A DNA stretch of 64,000 nt. Origin: Thermoplasmata archaeon (GTDB taxonomy: Archaea > Thermoplasmatota > Thermoplasmata > Lutacidiplasmatales > UBA184). Every line of letters begins with the position of its first letter. Position 1 is the first letter of the stretch. A program made the translations under genes and the position numbers. The DNA is taken from positions 108,590 to 172,589 of the forward strand of contig DAHVCH010000001.1 of NCBI GenBank assembly GCA_027314165.1, in the 5' to 3' direction. Below, one piece after another: positions 36,708-45,959 of this stretch. Under the pieces are notes generated by a model. That model ran no database searches. It was not told where the DNA came from and saw only the letters and a list, made by a program, of their open reading frames with translations.

Positions 36708-39701
36708 GTGCCCTGGCGAGGAGAGACTTCCCCGCAACCCCGGCGCCGCCTTCCACTCCGCGTCCGGTCGATCCTCGCTTGCGCGGTCCTGATCCTCCTG
36801 CTGACCGTGCTTCAGGGGCAGTTGGGTGGGTGGGCCTCGGCGCGAGCTCCGGCCCTGTCCATGCCTCATGCGGGGCCCTCCGGTTCGGCCGGTGTCCCCT
36901 CCGCCTCTCATGCCGCCACCGTGGTGAGCCGACCTGCGACGGCCACGGGTTCTCCGACCAGCGGTGGGTTCATGGGGGCTCTCACCGGCTTCCTTTCCGC
37001 GATCTCGCACCGCCCCTCGGCGGGTCCTCCCCTTCCGAACATCACCGGGGGGAACATCACCGGGTTCTCGCTGGCGATGGTCGGGGTGGGGCTCACCGGC
37101 AATTCGGGATTGCAGTTCTCCTCGGCCATCGGGGAGATGCCCAGCGGTGCGAACTCCTCGACCTACCTCTTCTCGCTCCTCGGGGAGACGGTGAGCACCA
37201 ACTCCACGGCCTTCGTAGGGTACATCGAAGGGTCGCTCGGCGGGATCACGGGCGCGCTTCCGCTCTATCTCGTGCTCAACGGGACCACCCTCGGCGCCTG
37301 CGGGTTCGGAAGCTTCACCAGCGTCATGCTCCCGGGGCCGACCGTCCATCAGTTCTCGATGGTGCAGGACCACGGGTACTGGTGGAACTTCCTCTTGGAC
37401 GGCTCGATCATCTCCGGCGGCTCCGGCCTGGGGGGCACCGGGAGCTTCTGTGCCGGGTCCGGCAACGGCACGGTCGACCTGTATGCGTCGGCCACTGCGC
37501 TCCTGTTCATACCGCTGTACGCCTGGATCCTCTCCGCGAACGTTTCGGGGTTCGTCGGCTCCACCGTTCAGACCGTCTCGGAGTACCGGACCGGGACCAC
37601 GTGGACCCAGTCCATCTCGGGCATTGTGGTCACCGACACCTCCGTCGGGCTCGCGGGGTACGACCAGGACAGCACGATACCCCCGGACCAGGTCCAGGTG
37701 GGGCCCCCGCGCACGGTGCTGAACAGCACCACTGCCGTCTGGAGCACCGGACCGCTGCCTTCCTTGACGCTCGACGAGCAGGGCGTACCCTCGACCATGT
37801 ATGCTGGGCAGACGGTCGACCTCACGGCGTGGGTCAATGACAGCTCGACCAAGGTCGGAGTGGGTACGGCGACCCTCTCCCCGACGTCCAGCTCGGGCGG
37901 CAGCTTCCTGATGACCGGGTCCGGTCCGTCCGCGGGAGAGTTCCACCTTTCGTATGCGGCACCGCTCCCCGCGAAGCAGGACAATCTGACCCTTCTCGCC
38001 ACGGGTCCCGGGTACGTCGGGGTCCGGCACACCTACGTCCTCACGATCGCCCCCGTCCACCTGGTCTTCTCGGCCCATCCCCCGTCCGGGCCGCTCTTCT
38101 CCGGCGCCACCCGGAGCGTCCCCTTCACGATCAACGCCAGCTACGGCGTGCCGTTCTCCCCTGCCCAGGTGTCGGTCTCCGTCCGGGGCGGAGGCACCGC
38201 GACGGTGCTGTCCATTCCGGCGTCCTCGGTCGGGTCCTATGTCGTCGAGCTGACCGCGCCGATGTTCAACGAGCCCTCGATCTCCGCCGTGACCATCACG
38301 GGGTCGGGTCCTGGCGTGGTCACCCAGTCGACCACCTTCAGCGTGCGGATCGAGCCGCGACCCCTGGCGGTCCTCGGACCGACCGGAGGGTTGGTGTGGG
38401 CTGGGGCCCGACTGTCCTTCAACCTCTCCCTATCGACCCCGTCGGGCGCGCTTCCGAGCGTGACGTCCACCTGGTGGAACGCGACGGTCAGGAACGCGAG
38501 CGGGACCGACCTCCTGACAGTGGGTGGCGGGGCCTCGATCACCCCGCACGACGGATGGGCTTCCCTCCAGGTGGCACTTCCCGCACACTACGTGGGCCCG
38601 CTGTGGTTCTGGGTCAACGTCTCCGCTCCCGGGTTCAACCAGACCGTCTCCAGCTGGTGGGAGAACGCGACGGGCAACCTCTCGTTGGAGCTCCAGGGCC
38701 TTCCCGCCGTCATGTCCGGCGGCGACCATGCGACGCTGACCTTGCGAGTCCTGGGCCTCGGAGGCGTCCCGATCTATGGGGCACCGGTGGTGTGGTCCGC
38801 GAACTTCGGTGGGTTCGGTTCTGCCGACCTCCCGACCGTCACGGGATACACCGATGTGAACGGAGCGACGTCGGTCAGTTTTGTCGCCCCTAGCGTGGCC
38901 AACACGACCGACATCGATGTCTCCGCGGCCGTCCTATACCCCTACTACACGGCGGGTCACGCGGTGAGCTCGGGCACGGCCGCGCCCTCGGCAGGGGGCC
39001 AGCTCGGGAGCGGGATCGACAACGGGATGGCCATCATCGACCTCCTGCTGGCGCTTGTCGTGCTGGCGCTCATCCTGGCCATCTTCGCGGAGTCGCGAAG
39101 CCGCCACGAGCGCGAAGCCCGAAGTGCGGCAGCGACCGGGGCTGTCGCCATGCGGCCATGGGCCTCGTCCGATCCCAGCGAGGAGCTCGGGTCGGAAGGG
39201 AAGGCTCCGTGGCCCGGCGGGACCAGCGCGAAGTACGTGGAGGAGGAGCTTGGAGCGTCCGACCACCCTCCCGAGCCCGCCGCTCCCAAGGCCGACCCAT
39301 CCCCGAAGGGAGCGAACGGTTCTCCCGGACAGGAGCCTAAGGCGAGCACGAGCGCCCGATCGCCCGCCGAGACCTCGGAGGAGCTCGGGTCGGAGGGGAA
39401 CTTCCACGGGACCTCTGGAGACCCCGCGGGCGGGGACTCGGGGGACGCAGCTCCGGGAGGGTCCCCCGCGGTGGGCGGACCCTCGACCCAGTCCAGTTCC
39501 CCGTCCCCCACCCCCGAGGCTCCTTCGGCTCCATCGGCTTCTTCGGCGCAGTCCGCCGGCGGGGAGGAGAAGGTTCCGGTTTCCGAGGAACCCACGAGCG
39601 CGGAGTCCACGACCTCCGGGAAAGCGATGGCCGGGTCCTCCTCCTCGAAGCCGGTAAAGGCGAAGAGGACGCCCAAGACCCGCTCCGGCCCTTCGGATTA
39701 G
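36708..39701 (+). CDS. Large secreted, C-terminally anchored surface glycoprotein with Ig-like beta domains
   Basis: Basic then hydrophobic signal peptide, S/T/G-rich with many NxS/T sequons, TM helix near 39030-39090, low-complexity cytoplasmic tail; TTAATAT about 25 nt upstream. Confidence 0.8.
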   Translation: MPWRGETSPQPRRRLPLRVRSILACAVLILLLTVLQGQLGGWASARAPALSMPHAGPSGSAGVPSASHAATVVSRPATATGSPTSGGFMGALTGFLSAISHRPSAGPPLPNITGGNITGFSLAMVGVGLTGNSGLQFSSAIGEMPSGANSSTYLFSLLGETVSTNSTAFVGYIEGSLGGITGALPLYLVLNGTTLGACGFGSFTSVMLPGPTVHQFSMVQDHGYWWNFLLDGSIISGGSGLGGTGSFCAGSGNGTVDLYASATALLFIPLYAWILSANVSGFVGSTVQTVSEYRTGTTWTQSISGIVVTDTSVGLAGYDQDSTIPPDQVQVGPPRTVLNSTTAVWSTGPLPSLTLDEQGVPSTMYAGQTVDLTAWVNDSSTKVGVGTATLSPTSSSGGSFLMTGSGPSAGEFHLSYAAPLPAKQDNLTLLATGPGYVGVRHTYVLTIAPVHLVFSAHPPSGPLFSGATRSVPFTINASYGVPFSPAQVSVSVRGGGTATVLSIPASSVGSYVVELTAPMFNEPSISAVTITGSGPGVVTQSTTFSVRIEPRPLAVLGPTGGLVWAGARLSFNLSLSTPSGALPSVTSTWWNATVRNASGTDLLTVGGGASITPHDGWASLQVALPAHYVGPLWFWVNVSAPGFNQTVSSWWENATGNLSLELQGLPAVMSGGDHATLTLRVLGLGGVPIYGAPVVWSANFGGFGSADLPTVTGYTDVNGATSVSFVAPSVANTTDIDVSAAVLYPYYTAGHAVSSGTAAPSAGGQLGSGIDNGMAIIDLLLALVVLALILAIFAESRSRHEREARSAAATGAVAMRPWASSDPSEELGSEGKAPWPGGTSAKYVEEELGASDHPPEPAAPKADPSPKGANGSPGQEPKASTSARSPAETSEELGSEGNFHGTSGDPAGGDSGDAAPGGSPAVGGPSTQSSSPSPTPEAPSAPSASSAQSAGGEEKVPVSEEPTSAESTTSGKAMAGSSSSKPVKAKRTPKTRSGPSD

Positions 39702-39705
39702 CGCC

Positions 39706-40554
39706 TCAAGGGCACGGCGGCGACCACGCGCCGCGGTCGGTCCAGACCTGGCCGATCCAACGCCAAGGAGTCTCATCGAACAAGAGGGACCGCGTTCTCC
39801 CCCTCCGAGGGCGATAGGGCAGGACCCTCGAGGATGGTACCAGGGCGACGAAGTCGACCCCGCGACGGTGCGCCATGCGAGCCACGCGTCGCGTGCCGAC
39901 CTTGTGCACCAGGGTACCGTCCGCATAGAGCGTATCGGCGCCGACCAGGACCACAGCCGAGGGTCCGAGGGCCACTTCCAGGTCGTCGTCCTCGACCATG
40001 CGGGCGTTCAGACCGTGGGCCTTCAGTTCCCGGGCCATGTCGGCCCCTTCCCCACCCGGCAGGCTGCGGAGCACGACGACCTCCGTAGGTCGACGACGGC
40101 GCGGCAGTCGACGCAGGACCTCCGAGACCGTGCTAGAACGGCTGAGTGTGACCACGACCGCCCGGACGGGGAAGCGGCGTGCCGCGAAACGCACCAGCCT
40201 CCCGATCTCGCGTGAGAGCTCTCGTTCCTTTCTTGAGAGGAGGACGCGCAAGCCGCGTCGGGACGGCTCGGGCCCCGCTTCCTGAACCCAGGAACTGACC
40301 TCCTCCGCGAGCCGCACGAGCCCTCCCATCGAGGGTTGAGCGGCGCGCATGCCCCGGCACCACCGGAGGAGCCAGGCGACCTCGACCTCTCTCAACTTCG
40401 GGGGCCCCTCGCGAGCCAGGGGGCGGAGCGAAACGAGCGCCCTGCGCTGAAGCTCGGAGGCGCCATGCGTTCGGTCCGTGGCGAGGGTGTCCCAGGGCGC
40501 CGCGGCCCGCCGCGCGCGTCCGCGATGGCGGGTCCGGCTCCCGGATGCGCTCAC
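39706..40554 (-). CDS. eIF-2B alpha/beta/delta-family protein (degenerate)
   Basis: D..HGA, QPSM, TLSRSSTV, PGGEG, VGAD....DG...HKVGT. Confidence 0.75.
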   Translation of the reverse strand: MSASGSRTRHRGRARRAAAPWDTLATDRTHGASELQRRALVSLRPLAREGPPKLREVEVAWLLRWCRGMRAAQPSMGGLVRLAEEVSSWVQEAGPEPSRRGLRVLLSRKERELSREIGRLVRFAARRFPVRAVVVTLSRSSTVSEVLRRLPRRRRPTEVVVLRSLPGGEGADMARELKAHGLNARMVEDDDLEVALGPSAVVLVGADTLYADGTLVHKVGTRRVARMAHRRGVDFVALVPSSRVLPYRPRRGRTRSLLFDETPWRWIGQVWTDRGAWSPPCP

Positions 40555-40614
40555 GCTCTGTCGCTCTCCTCACGAACCTTCAATTGCGTTCATGGCTCGA
40601 CGGGATGGGGCCCC

Positions 40615-40881
40615 GTGACCGGATCCAGCGCGCCCCGGCGGACGGCCTGGATCGTGGCTCCGCCCAGCCTCTGCACCTTGTGCAAGGGCCCGCTGACCTC
40701 CGAGGCGGAGACCAGCGCGTGGAACGGCCAGCCCGCGCATCGGGACTGCGTTCGCATCCATCTCCTGCAACGCGATCCGGCCTTCCGGGACTGGGGGGGC
40801 GAACCTCCTGCCGAAGATGCCCCGGATGAGGGCATGTCGGACCTCGGGAACCGGGAGGACGACGAGGATGGCCCGGAGTAG
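40615..40881 (+). CDS. Small zinc-finger protein with acidic tail
   Basis: CTLC...HRDC followed by a D/E-rich C-terminus; start estimated. Confidence 0.5.
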   Translation: MTGSSAPRRTAWIVAPPSLCTLCKGPLTSEAETSAWNGQPAHRDCVRIHLLQRDPAFRDWGGEPPAEDAPDEGMSDLGNREDDEDGPE

Positions 40882-40994
40882 ACATCGTCCTCTCCCGGAG
40901 CCGCGGAACGGGGCTCTCCGATAAGGGAGAACGCTCTTCGACGTAGGATATTTAAGGCACAACCGGTCCTGTACGGTTCAACGGAGGCTACGCC

Positions 40995-42593
40995 ATGCCG
41001 GAAGTGGTCATCACCTGCGATTGGACGATGATGAGCAACCACCACGGGAAGGAATTCCTGGGTTTTGGGACCACGACCCCGTCGTTCCTGCTGCCCGAGC
41101 GTGTGTTCAAGACCCTGTTCTTCCCGACCATGAAGTGCGACGAGGAGGGCCACCCGGAGCAGGCCCCCTACGGGATGCGGAAGGTCGAGGCCTCCCTCCT
41201 GGACGCCGGCATCGACGCCCGCATCATCCACCCGAGCTACCTGGAGCGGTACATGCCCGGGAAGGCGAAGGTGCTGATGATCAGCGGGCACGACTACCTC
41301 GGTCTGAACCCGCCGTCGACCACCTTCAGCGGGATCATGAAGGGCCGGCCCCCGCTTAACCGTGTGAATTTCATGCGGATGCTCCGGATGCCGCACGTCC
41401 TCGAGGCCCGACGCCAGGGGATGAAGCTCATCGCCGGGGGTCCGTGCGCCTGGCAGCTCTCCCCGGCGACGCAGGTCAAGGTGCCCTGGATCGGGGACTT
41501 CGTGAAGGAGATCGGGGGCGTCGACGCCATCGTGGAGGGCGAGGCCGACATCTTCGTGCGGGACATCGTGAAGATGGCCCTGAAGGGCGAGCCGCTGCCT
41601 CCGCACACGTTCCTCCCTCCCAAGGTCGCCCCGAAGATCGAGGAGATCTCCACGATCCGCTATCCGTCGGTCAACGGGCTCGTCGAGATCGGACGGGGAT
41701 GCTGTCGCGGGTGCACGTTCTGCTCGGTCACGACCCGCCCGACGCGCTGGTACCCCTACGAGAAGATCGAAGAGGAGCTCAAGATCAACGCCGCGATCGG
41801 GATCAAGAAGGGCCTTCTGCACTCCGACGACGTCTACTTCTACGGCTCCCCGAACATCATGCCGAAGGAGGAGAAGCTGGTCAAGCTCATGCAGCTGGCC
41901 AAGCGGTACTACTCCCACGTGGGCTGGAGCCATGTCGCCGTCGCCTCGCTCATGACCAAGCCTCGGCTGCTCCCGAAGCTCCGCGACGTCCTGCTCACCG
42001 GTGACCAGACCTGGTGGGGGGTCGAGATCGGCGTCGAGACGGGAAGCCCGCGGATGATCACCTCGACGATGCCGGGCAAGGTCGCCCCGTTCAAGGCGTC
42101 CCAGTGGCCCGAGCTCGTCGTGCAGGCGGCCGGGCTCATGAACGACAACTCGGTCTTCCCCGCCTGCACGTTCATCGTCGGACTGCCCCAGGAAACGGAG
42201 GACGACGTCATCAAGACCATCGACCTCATCGATGACCTCTGGGACTTCCGGGCCATCCTGGTCCCGATGTTCTTCGTGCCTCTGGGCCATCTGAACAAGA
42301 CGAACTGGTTCACCCGCGATCGCATCACCGCCCGCCAGAAGGAGCTCCTCACCCGCGCTCTGACCCACGGGCTCCGGCAGTCGACGAGCATGCTCCGGGA
42401 CTTTTTCGAGGAGAAGGACGCCTACCGCGGGGGATACATCGCCGCCTACCGGGGGTTCATCACCTTCCTGCTCGCCCTCGCGAAGATGAAGGGCCTCTAC
42501 AATCCCCCCAAAGCCTCCGAGGTCCCGGCGCTGGAGAGCCCGCTCAACCACCCCGAGCGCCTCCCGTTGCCCACGATCCCGGTCCGGGACTAG
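40995..42593 (+). CDS. B12-binding radical SAM enzyme, GDGT ring synthase (GrsA/GrsB)-like
   Basis: MSNHHGKEFLGF, QAPYGMRKVEA, GGP.AWQ, EIGRGCCRGCTFC, GVETGS; TATTTAAG promoter near 40950. Confidence 0.8.
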   Translation: MPEVVITCDWTMMSNHHGKEFLGFGTTTPSFLLPERVFKTLFFPTMKCDEEGHPEQAPYGMRKVEASLLDAGIDARIIHPSYLERYMPGKAKVLMISGHDYLGLNPPSTTFSGIMKGRPPLNRVNFMRMLRMPHVLEARRQGMKLIAGGPCAWQLSPATQVKVPWIGDFVKEIGGVDAIVEGEADIFVRDIVKMALKGEPLPPHTFLPPKVAPKIEEISTIRYPSVNGLVEIGRGCCRGCTFCSVTTRPTRWYPYEKIEEELKINAAIGIKKGLLHSDDVYFYGSPNIMPKEEKLVKLMQLAKRYYSHVGWSHVAVASLMTKPRLLPKLRDVLLTGDQTWWGVEIGVETGSPRMITSTMPGKVAPFKASQWPELVVQAAGLMNDNSVFPACTFIVGLPQETEDDVIKTIDLIDDLWDFRAILVPMFFVPLGHLNKTNWFTRDRITARQKELLTRALTHGLRQSTSMLRDFFEEKDAYRGGYIAAYRGFITFLLALAKMKGLYNPPKASEVPALESPLNHPERLPLPTIPVRD

Positions 42594-42626
42594 CGCGGGA
42601 GAAAAGGACCGTCGGGGGCCTTCTTC

Positions 42627-43994
42627 GTGGACCGAGAATCTTCTCCCTCCGTGCCGCACCCTGTCCGGTCGCTGCCACCCTCGGGGCTCCGTGCGCTGCG
42701 TTGCGTCCCCCTGAAGAACTTCCTCACGGCAGACCCCCAAGTACGGACGATCGACCGACCCGTCGACCTCCGCTTCGAGGTCGCGCGCGAGCTGCTGAGA
42801 CCCCCCGAGCCTCCGGTCTGGTTCCGGGGACAGAAAGAGGGCGGGCTGGTCGGGAACCTCTGGACGAGCCGGGACCGGGTCGCCCGGTACTTCGGGGTGG
42901 AGCCGCGGGCCCTTCCTGACCTCCTGCTGGAGGCCCTCGAGCACCCGATCCCTCCCGAGGTCGTCCCCGCCTCCCAGGCCACCTGGTCCGCGCGGGAGGG
43001 CCCCGCCGACCTGACGCACCTTCCGATCCCGTTCTTCTATCCCGAGGATGCCGGACCCTACCTGAGCGCGGCGGTCTTCTCGGCCGCGTGGAAAGGGAAG
43101 AGGAACCTCTCCTTCCACCGCATTTGGGCCCGGGGTCCGACCGGAGGGCCCGTGCGTCTCGTGCCGCGCCACCTGGACCGCATGGTCCGGGAGGCCCGAA
43201 AGGAGAACACCGAGCTCCCCGTCTCGATCGTCCTGGGCGGCCCCCTCGAGTTCCTGCTGGCGGCCGCGGTCTCCACGGACTACGCCACCGACGAGATGGA
43301 GATCGCCTCCGCCCTCTGCCGAAAGCGGCTCGGACGACCGCTCAGGGTGGTCGAACTGGACAACGGGACCCGCGTCCCCGCCGAGGCGGAGATCGTGTTC
43401 GAGGGACGGTTCACCCGGCAGGACGAGCAGGAAGGTCCCTTCCTCGACATCCTCGGCACCTACGACGCGGTGCGCGAGGGGCCGGTCCTCGAGCTCACCA
43501 AACGGCGCTCCGTGGAGGACCCGATACTACCGGTTATCGTCGGAGGCGCCCAGGAGCACTTCCTCCTCATGGGACTCCCCCGGGAGCCGATGATCCTGCG
43601 GGCCGTGCGCGCGGTCGTGCCCGGGACCAAGGCCGTCCGCCTGACCGAGGGGGGGGCCGCGTGGCTGCACGGTGTCGTCTCGATCGAGAAGCGCCGGGAC
43701 GGCGACGGGCGGAACGCCATCATGGCCGCCCTTTCCGGTCACGCCTCGATGAAGAGGGTCATCGTCGTGGACCACGACATCGACATCTTCGACGACCGGG
43801 AGGTCGAGTGGGCGCTCGCGACCCGGTTCCAGGCCGACAAGGGCCTGCTCACGGTCCCGCACGCCGTCGGCTCCTCGCTCGACCCGAGCGCGAGCACCGA
43901 CGGGCTCACGTGCAAGTGGGGTCTGGACGCGACACTCCCGATGAAGACCGACCGGCGGCCCTTCACGAAGGGCCGCCTGCCACCCCCCGACTGA
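42627..43994 (+). CDS. UbiD-family prFMN decarboxylase
   Basis: DAGPY, SFHR, AEIVFEG, EGPF, VDHDIDI.D...VEWALATRFQ, SSLDPS. Confidence 0.92.
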   Translation: MDRESSPSVPHPVRSLPPSGLRALRCVPLKNFLTADPQVRTIDRPVDLRFEVARELLRPPEPPVWFRGQKEGGLVGNLWTSRDRVARYFGVEPRALPDLLLEALEHPIPPEVVPASQATWSAREGPADLTHLPIPFFYPEDAGPYLSAAVFSAAWKGKRNLSFHRIWARGPTGGPVRLVPRHLDRMVREARKENTELPVSIVLGGPLEFLLAAAVSTDYATDEMEIASALCRKRLGRPLRVVELDNGTRVPAEAEIVFEGRFTRQDEQEGPFLDILGTYDAVREGPVLELTKRRSVEDPILPVIVGGAQEHFLLMGLPREPMILRAVRAVVPGTKAVRLTEGGAAWLHGVVSIEKRRDGDGRNAIMAALSGHASMKRVIVVDHDIDIFDDREVEWALATRFQADKGLLTVPHAVGSSLDPSASTDGLTCKWGLDATLPMKTDRRPFTKGRLPPPD

Positions 43995-44030
43995 CCGGTT
44001 GGCCAGCCGGGGGGGGGGCCGTCGTCCGAC

Positions 44031-44534
44031 CTACGCGCTCCCCTTGATCGGGTCTGCGGGCGGGGTCGAAGTGACCTCCGACCCGCAGAACTTGCACCGC
44101 GTGGCCTGGAGCGGGATCTCCGAGACGCAGTAGGGGCAGTTCCAGGTGGTGACCGGCGCCTTGGCCTTTTTCGCGTCTTGACGTTCTTTCATCGTAGCCA
44201 TAGGCTTGACGATGAGCAGGAACACGACTAACGCGATCATGACGAAGGACACGAGAGCATTGATGAAAGCGCCGATCGCGAAGTGGATCTGCTTGGGGGC
44301 GCCTGTGGCGTTGTGGCCGTAGGTCACGTTATCGTACCAAGCGCCGAAGTTCGCCGCCCCGGTCGCGGGGGCGATCATGGGGGTCACGATGTCGGCGACC
44401 ATGCCGTTCACGACGGCGCCGAACGCGAGACCGATGACGATACCGACGGCCATGTCGATAACGTTCCCCTTCATGATGAAGTCGCGGAACTCAGTGACGA
44501 GCTTGACTTTCGGGCGTTTGAACTTCTGCGGCAT
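44031..44534 (-). CDS. mscL: Large-conductance mechanosensitive channel with C-terminal zinc ribbon
   Basis: EFRDFIMKGNVIDMAVGIVIG.AF, G.FINA; CPYC...CKFC tail. Confidence 0.93.
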   Translation of the reverse strand: MPQKFKRPKVKLVTEFRDFIMKGNVIDMAVGIVIGLAFGAVVNGMVADIVTPMIAPATGAANFGAWYDNVTYGHNATGAPKQIHFAIGAFINALVSFVMIALVVFLLIVKPMATMKERQDAKKAKAPVTTWNCPYCVSEIPLQATRCKFCGSEVTSTPPADPIKGSA

Positions 44535-44608
44535 AGGCAGACCTCAGTCGTCTGAAATCTTCTGCCTCAAATAATCATCGGGGTCGAGCCGGGTGGGCCG
44601 CCGGGCGC

Positions 44609-45124
44609 CTAAGACCCTGGACCGCGGTGCACGGGGCGGCGGGGGGTGCCGCGGGTGGAGGGGAGATCGTCCGGCCGTTCCCAGGCGTCCTCGATAACGC
44701 CCAGGCGGACCTCCTCCCCACGACCGTTGTAGGCCCTCCAGGACCCCTTGGTGAAGGGGTTGCCCAGGATCAGATGGCGGAGCCCCCAGTGATGGAAGAG
44801 CTGCAGGTCTGCATCCGAGGGGTGCAGGGCCCCCGAGGGGTGGGAATGCACCGTCCCGATGACCGTGAAGTCGGCCGGAAGCATCCAGAGCTGCAGGTTC
44901 GCGTGCTTGTGACCGGCGGTGGTCCCGGGGAGCAAGAGGAGCTCCGTGATGACCCCCGGCTCGTCCGACCGAAGCATGCCTCCGAACTCGTTGGGCAGCG
45001 CGGAGGCGCCGCAGGCGAGCGCGCTGTCCAGCACGCTGCGCCGGATCGAGTCCAGCGGCACCTTGGCGAGGGTTCCGGAGGTCCCCCGCTTCATGCCCTT
45101 ACGTCTGGGGCGGAAGATCGGCAC
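44609..45124 (-). CDS. JAMM/MPN+ (Mov34) metalloprotease-family protein
   Basis: PNEF...GTVHSHPSG...PSDAD. Confidence 0.88.
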   Translation of the reverse strand: MPIFRPRRKGMKRGTSGTLAKVPLDSIRRSVLDSALACGASALPNEFGGMLRSDEPGVITELLLLPGTTAGHKHANLQLWMLPADFTVIGTVHSHPSGALHPSDADLQLFHHWGLRHLILGNPFTKGSWRAYNGRGEEVRLGVIEDAWERPDDLPSTRGTPRRPVHRGPGS

Positions 45125-45959
45125 GGTTCCCCGTCAGCGACCAAGGGATGAGGGCCTTGGCCTGAAGCCGCTGGAAGAAGTGCGAGCTGAAGCGGATGAG
45201 CCGCGCTCGCCGTGCGGAGCGGTAGCAACGGACGTCGGTCCCCCGGGGTAGGCGCTCCTCGCGATGGCCGTCGACGACGACCACGGTCTCCCGGTCCTCT
45301 TCCACGGGGCGCACGGTGACCTCCCGGAGGGGGGAGACCACCAGAGGGCGGGAGAAGGAGGAGTACGGTGCGATGGCCGTGATGATGATCGCGTCCACGG
45401 AGGGGTCGACGATGGGGCCCCCGGTGCTGAGCGCGTAGGACGTCGAACCCGTCGGGGTGGCGAGGATCACGCCGTCCGCCCGGAGGCGTCCGAGCGGCTT
45501 CCCGTCGATCGCGATCTCGAAGGTCCGCATCCTCGCGACCTGTCCGGTGTGCACGACGACCTCGTTGACCGAGTCGGGGAGGTTGCGGTCGCCGACCCGC
45601 GTGGCGAGCTTCATCCGGTCCTCGCACATGTACGCGCCCCGGACCACGCGCTCGAGCGCACCGTCCAACGTGTCGTACTCCGGGTCGACCTCCGTCAGGA
45701 AGCCCACGGTGCCGGTGTTGATCCCGAGGACCGGGCACTCGGTCCGGTGGAGGACGTACAGGAGGCTGCCGTCGCCCCCGAGCGCCAGGAGGACGTCGAC
45801 CCGGAGCTCCTCGATGGGCTCCCCGGGGAGCCCCAGGGCGCTCGCGGTGTCGAGGGCCACGGTGAGCTCCACCCGGTCCTTCAGGCGGTCGTAGATGATC
45901 CTCGCGAAATTGAGCGCCCGTTCGTTGAACGGGTTCGCGGTGATGCCGACGGAGATCAC
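45099..45959 (-). CDS. nadK: NAD kinase
   Basis: LGGDGS, G.VGFL, VNE, ADGVILATPTGSTSY.LS.GGP. Confidence 0.95.
   Translation of the reverse strand: MISVGITANPFNERALNFARIIYDRLKDRVELTVALDTASALGLPGEPIEELRVDVLLALGGDGSLLYVLHRTECPVLGINTGTVGFLTEVDPEYDTLDGALERVVRGAYMCEDRMKLATRVGDRNLPDSVNEVVVHTGQVARMRTFEIAIDGKPLGRLRADGVILATPTGSTSYALSTGGPIVDPSVDAIIITAIAPYSSFSRPLVVSPLREVTVRPVEEDRETVVVVDGHREERLPRGTDVRCYRSARRARLIRFSSHFFQRLQAKALIPWSLTGNRADLPPQT

Noticed and set aside
40590..43172. Very long antisense or alternate-frame ORFs (also 1952-3835, 10807-13110, 32583-34727, 52172-53692)
   Set aside because: Shadow ORFs expected in high-GC DNA opposite genes with clear motifs; compositions are R/G/P-biased with no motifs
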